64,000 nucleotides of DNA, from the NCBI GenBank assembly GCA_964016885.1, contig OZ024744.1, forward strand, positions 27,528,001 through 27,592,000, given 5' to 3'. The DNA comes from Eledone cirrhosa (taxonomy: Eukaryota). The notes below the pieces were generated by a model that was given only the letters and a program-made list of their open reading frames with translations, did no database searches and had not been told where the DNA came from. Below, in pieces: positions 62,204 through 64,000 of the stretch. The translations under genes were made by a program, and so were the position numbers. Positions within the stretch are counted from its first letter, which is position 1, and each line of letters starts with the position of its first letter.

Positions 62204-62551
62204 TGTTGAAATGTTGGGTAAATATTCTATTGCGGTCGCGGCTGCTGTCGTTTATTTAACAAATATTTCTTCATAGGCGCTGTTGTATTCCTCTCGGTAC
62301 TCGCAGAGAAAACACGAGTTATATCAAATAATTTGTGTAATTTGCGAAACAACCAAAACGCCCCTCCTCGGAGTAGCAGAATAACATAAAGTAAGTAAGT
62401 AGCAGTCTGTGACTGAGTTTTTAATACCAACGCTGACTGACTGCCCAGGTCACGTGATTCATATGCAAATGTGTGAGCACGTGTAAATTGAATAGAAATT
62501 TAACAGTCCACAACAATGAGGTTGTGAGTTCGATTCCCAATCCATACAACA
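62204..62551 (-). repeat. Probable 3' LTR of the Gypsy element
   Basis: Minus strand: purine tract GGTGGGGAGG (62552-62561), then TGTTG...AATAAA...CAACA. Confidence 0.6.
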
Positions 62552-62755
62552 CCTCCCCACCGAAACTGATGCGACAAAAGAAGCATCAATAGCAAAGTCT
62601 CTCTGGGGGTTTACGAGTTCTCTTGGACCGTCTTCGATTGTCTGGTCCATACTCTGGAACGGGCAACAAGGTCTTGGGTCTGGTCTGTCTTGGAGTTAAT
62701 GGCACGATTTCCGAGATCTCCATCGGGTGATCTGTTGCAAATTCAAAAACAGTGT

Positions 62756-64000
62756 CTACTGCATCACCAGGTTCATTTCTTCCTCAGTAGTGTACCGCGG
62801 TTGCAGCTGTTCCCAGTGTCGTCTCCACACCGGGCCATGAGGTATGACCTTAACGTTGAAGCAGCGAGTACCCAATGACTTCTTAATGATTGCTGGTACC
62901 CATCGGGGATCTTTGTCTCGGCGAGGTCCGTAGTACAGTGCATACACAGGATCTCCAGCCTTGTACTGCCTGGTAACCTTAGCGACACCTGCCGAGTCCG
63001 GAGTCATCTGAGATTTATCTGCTTCCTTAGACTGCTTGCCTTGAGCAATGTGTGCTGGCGAGGGCAGCAGAGAATCAATCCTTGTCCGTATCTGCCGGTG
63101 ATTCAAAAGTTCACTCGGAGATAATCCACTGGATGTCGGTGTTCTCCGGAACTGCATCAAGAACTCTTGATGTGCTCGCTTCGGCGGAAGAGAAGTTTTC
63201 CTCAGAGCTTGTTTGAAGGTCTGCACTAACCGTTCCGCTGCTCCGTTGGTAGCTGGGTGGTAAGGTGCCCCTGTCAGGTGCGTGATCCCACGTTCTTTGC
63301 ACCAGCTCTGGAACTCCTCAGAAATAAAAGTTGGTGCGTTATCGGTGACTAGCGTGTGAGGAAATCCGAAGTGCGCAAAGTCTTCTTCAAGCAGATCTAA
63401 AGTGGCTCTGGAGGACGTGGATGACGTAGGATGAATGCATGGATACTTGGAATAAGCATCCGTGATCACCAACCAATTACTGCCCATGAAATTTATTGCG
63501 TGGTCCAGGTGTAAGCGGCTCCACGGCTTTTCAGGTAACATCCATGGGTGAACTGGAGACTTGGATGGCTGGTTTTGATGTTCACCACACGAATCACATT
63601 GTCGACTGGTTTTCTCTATAGCAGCATCGATACCAGGCCAATAAACAGCAGTTCTTGCCAATTGTTTCATGCGCTCCATGCCAAAGTGTCCGAGATGCAG
63701 AAGATTGAGGATCTTTGGCTGTAGGCTATGTGGAATCACAACTCTCGATCCATGGATAAGGCATCCGTAGCAGATACTGAGTGAATCCGATAACTTCCGG
63801 AACTTATTGACTTCGTCATTGATCTCAGTATTCTTTGGTGGCCAGCCTTCACGGACCTAGCGTATCACTGTAGATATCACTGGATCTTTCCCTGACTCTT
63901 GACGGAGGACGTTAGCATCGATAGGTTGGACTTGAAGACTGAGAGTTTGATGGCGCACACCATGTCCATGTCTTCACCATTTTCCTTCCTGTCAAAGTCG
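62756..64000 (-). mobile_element. Ty3/Gypsy (Mag-like) pol 3' part with integrase; continues beyond the window
   Basis: ORF 62756-63739 has an HHCC zinc finger (LHLGHFG...CDSC) and an rve core (WSRLHLD...VTDNAP...YHPATNGAAER). Upstream pol has a stop and a frameshift. Confidence 0.9.

Overview
Eukaryotic, AT-rich, repeat-saturated region. The SINE and microsatellite content suggests a cephalopod (octopus-like) genome; this is an inference. I found no host protein-coding exon, rRNA, true tRNA or CRISPR array, and most ORFs in the track are microsatellite artefacts. The recognisable content is transposon-derived: Tx1/L1-clade LINEs (two 3' fragments at 1-2.1 kb and a head-to-tail train of four at 45.6-55.4 kb, each ending in (TATC)n), many Penelope-like elements (PLEs), CRE-like and RTE-like LINE fragments, tRNA-derived Nin-domain-like SINEs, Chapaev3, Hsmar2-like mariner and DD37D (maT) DNA transposons, the 3' end of a Gypsy element, and a 4.1-kb TACTACTGTG satellite. 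Four patterns stand out. (1) At least seven PLE insertions, mostly in (TA)n, are built as two inverted 3' arms pointing outward, from a 180-bp hairpin to a 4.6-kb near-perfect palindrome with open ORFs. (2) These arms carry minimal hammerhead-ribozyme motifs, several with a U3:A8 covariant core. (3) The Tx1 train appears to target (TATC)n. (4) A CRE-like element is flanked by a 50-bp direct repeat. Coordinates were read by eye and may be off by a few bases.
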